Assembly (NCBI RefSeq): GCF_009914755.1
Contig: NC_060934.1
DNA: 64,000 bases
Reading direction: 5' to 3' (one strand)
From: the human T2T-CHM13v2.0 reference genome, Homo sapiens
Shown here piece by piece: positions 63,161 through 64,000 of the stretch (position 1 is its first letter; the number at the start of each line of letters is the position of its first letter). A program made the position numbers and the translations under genes. Under the pieces are notes generated by a model. The model searched no databases and was not told where the DNA came from. It saw nothing but the letters and a program-made list of their open reading frames with translations.

Positions 63161-64000
63161 GAGAACACACTCAAATTTTACAACTGTTAACCCTGCAAGG
63201 CACATCTGCGGGCGTGTTTTTCTTTTACAAACTGACGAGGAGCTTTGGTCATTATTGGATTTGTGGATAGGTATTGGTTTATTAACAGTCTTGTTGGGCT
63301 TTATACATACCTACTTAAAATAAGTTTATTTCAGGACCTGAATTTTCTCAAATGCTTGAATGCATTGATTAAATAAACCCATGACTGTCAAAACTCCTCT
63401 TTTCCTGCAACTCTATGGAAATTGACCTAGACTCTCATTCAACCCCCAGCAAATTTTGTTCTCATTTGTGCAAAAGCCACTTTTCTCGAACCACACTTGG
63501 GCTCTTTATATCCTCTGATACCTTTGGATGAATAGGTGGAAGATGCTCGTGTGTTTCAGATGTTTTTACCCTTACTGTCTCACTTCCTGGCTCAGACCAA
63601 AATATCTCTGGACTGAAGACAGACCAAGAGCTGACCTAAGAACATCGATCCTGCCCATTTTGGACTACATGGCTTTTTATAGTCATCTCCATCAGCATGA
63701 GCATAATTAAGAGCATCCCTAGACTGAAGAGTGTTTTGTTCTTTCCACAAAATTGCTTAGCTGGACAGAACTTTTTTCTTCCATGTTCTTCAATTGCCTC
63801 AAAAGATTATGGGGGTGGGGTTGGGGGGTGGATCCCTTTCTTAAGAGGAGGAGCAAGACTGTCTTTTTGACCGAGGATGATTTCTCACTATAACATTTAA
63901 TATGCAATTCACTGATTCTAATGAACAAAACTGACATATATTTCCAATGTAATATGAAGATTAGGAATCATCTACTTGAAACTACTTTACACATCTCTAT

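Overview
Human (primate) genomic DNA, dense in Alu, L1, L2, MIR, LTR and DNA-transposon remnants. It holds the 5' end of PDZD8, the SMP-domain ER-mitochondria/endolysosome tether, on the minus strand. Coding exon 1 is 35668-34797 (872 nt; TM anchor plus SMP domain) and lies in a CpG-island promoter. A 33.2-kb intron 1 follows, then the 123-nt exon 2 (1569-1447). The ~28 kb upstream of the promoter is repeat-rich intergenic DNA with no supportable coding gene. I see no convincing new gene or biological system. Three things most deserve a second look: a two-uORF leader (a short strong-Kozak uORF in frame with the CDS, and an overlapping uORF that ends in an AUGA on Met6), a candidate 325-nt poison exon in intron 1, and a nested L1>MER4>MER50 stack with an apparently locally templated inverted copy. 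Repeat subfamily names come from recognition by eye and their boundaries are approximate.
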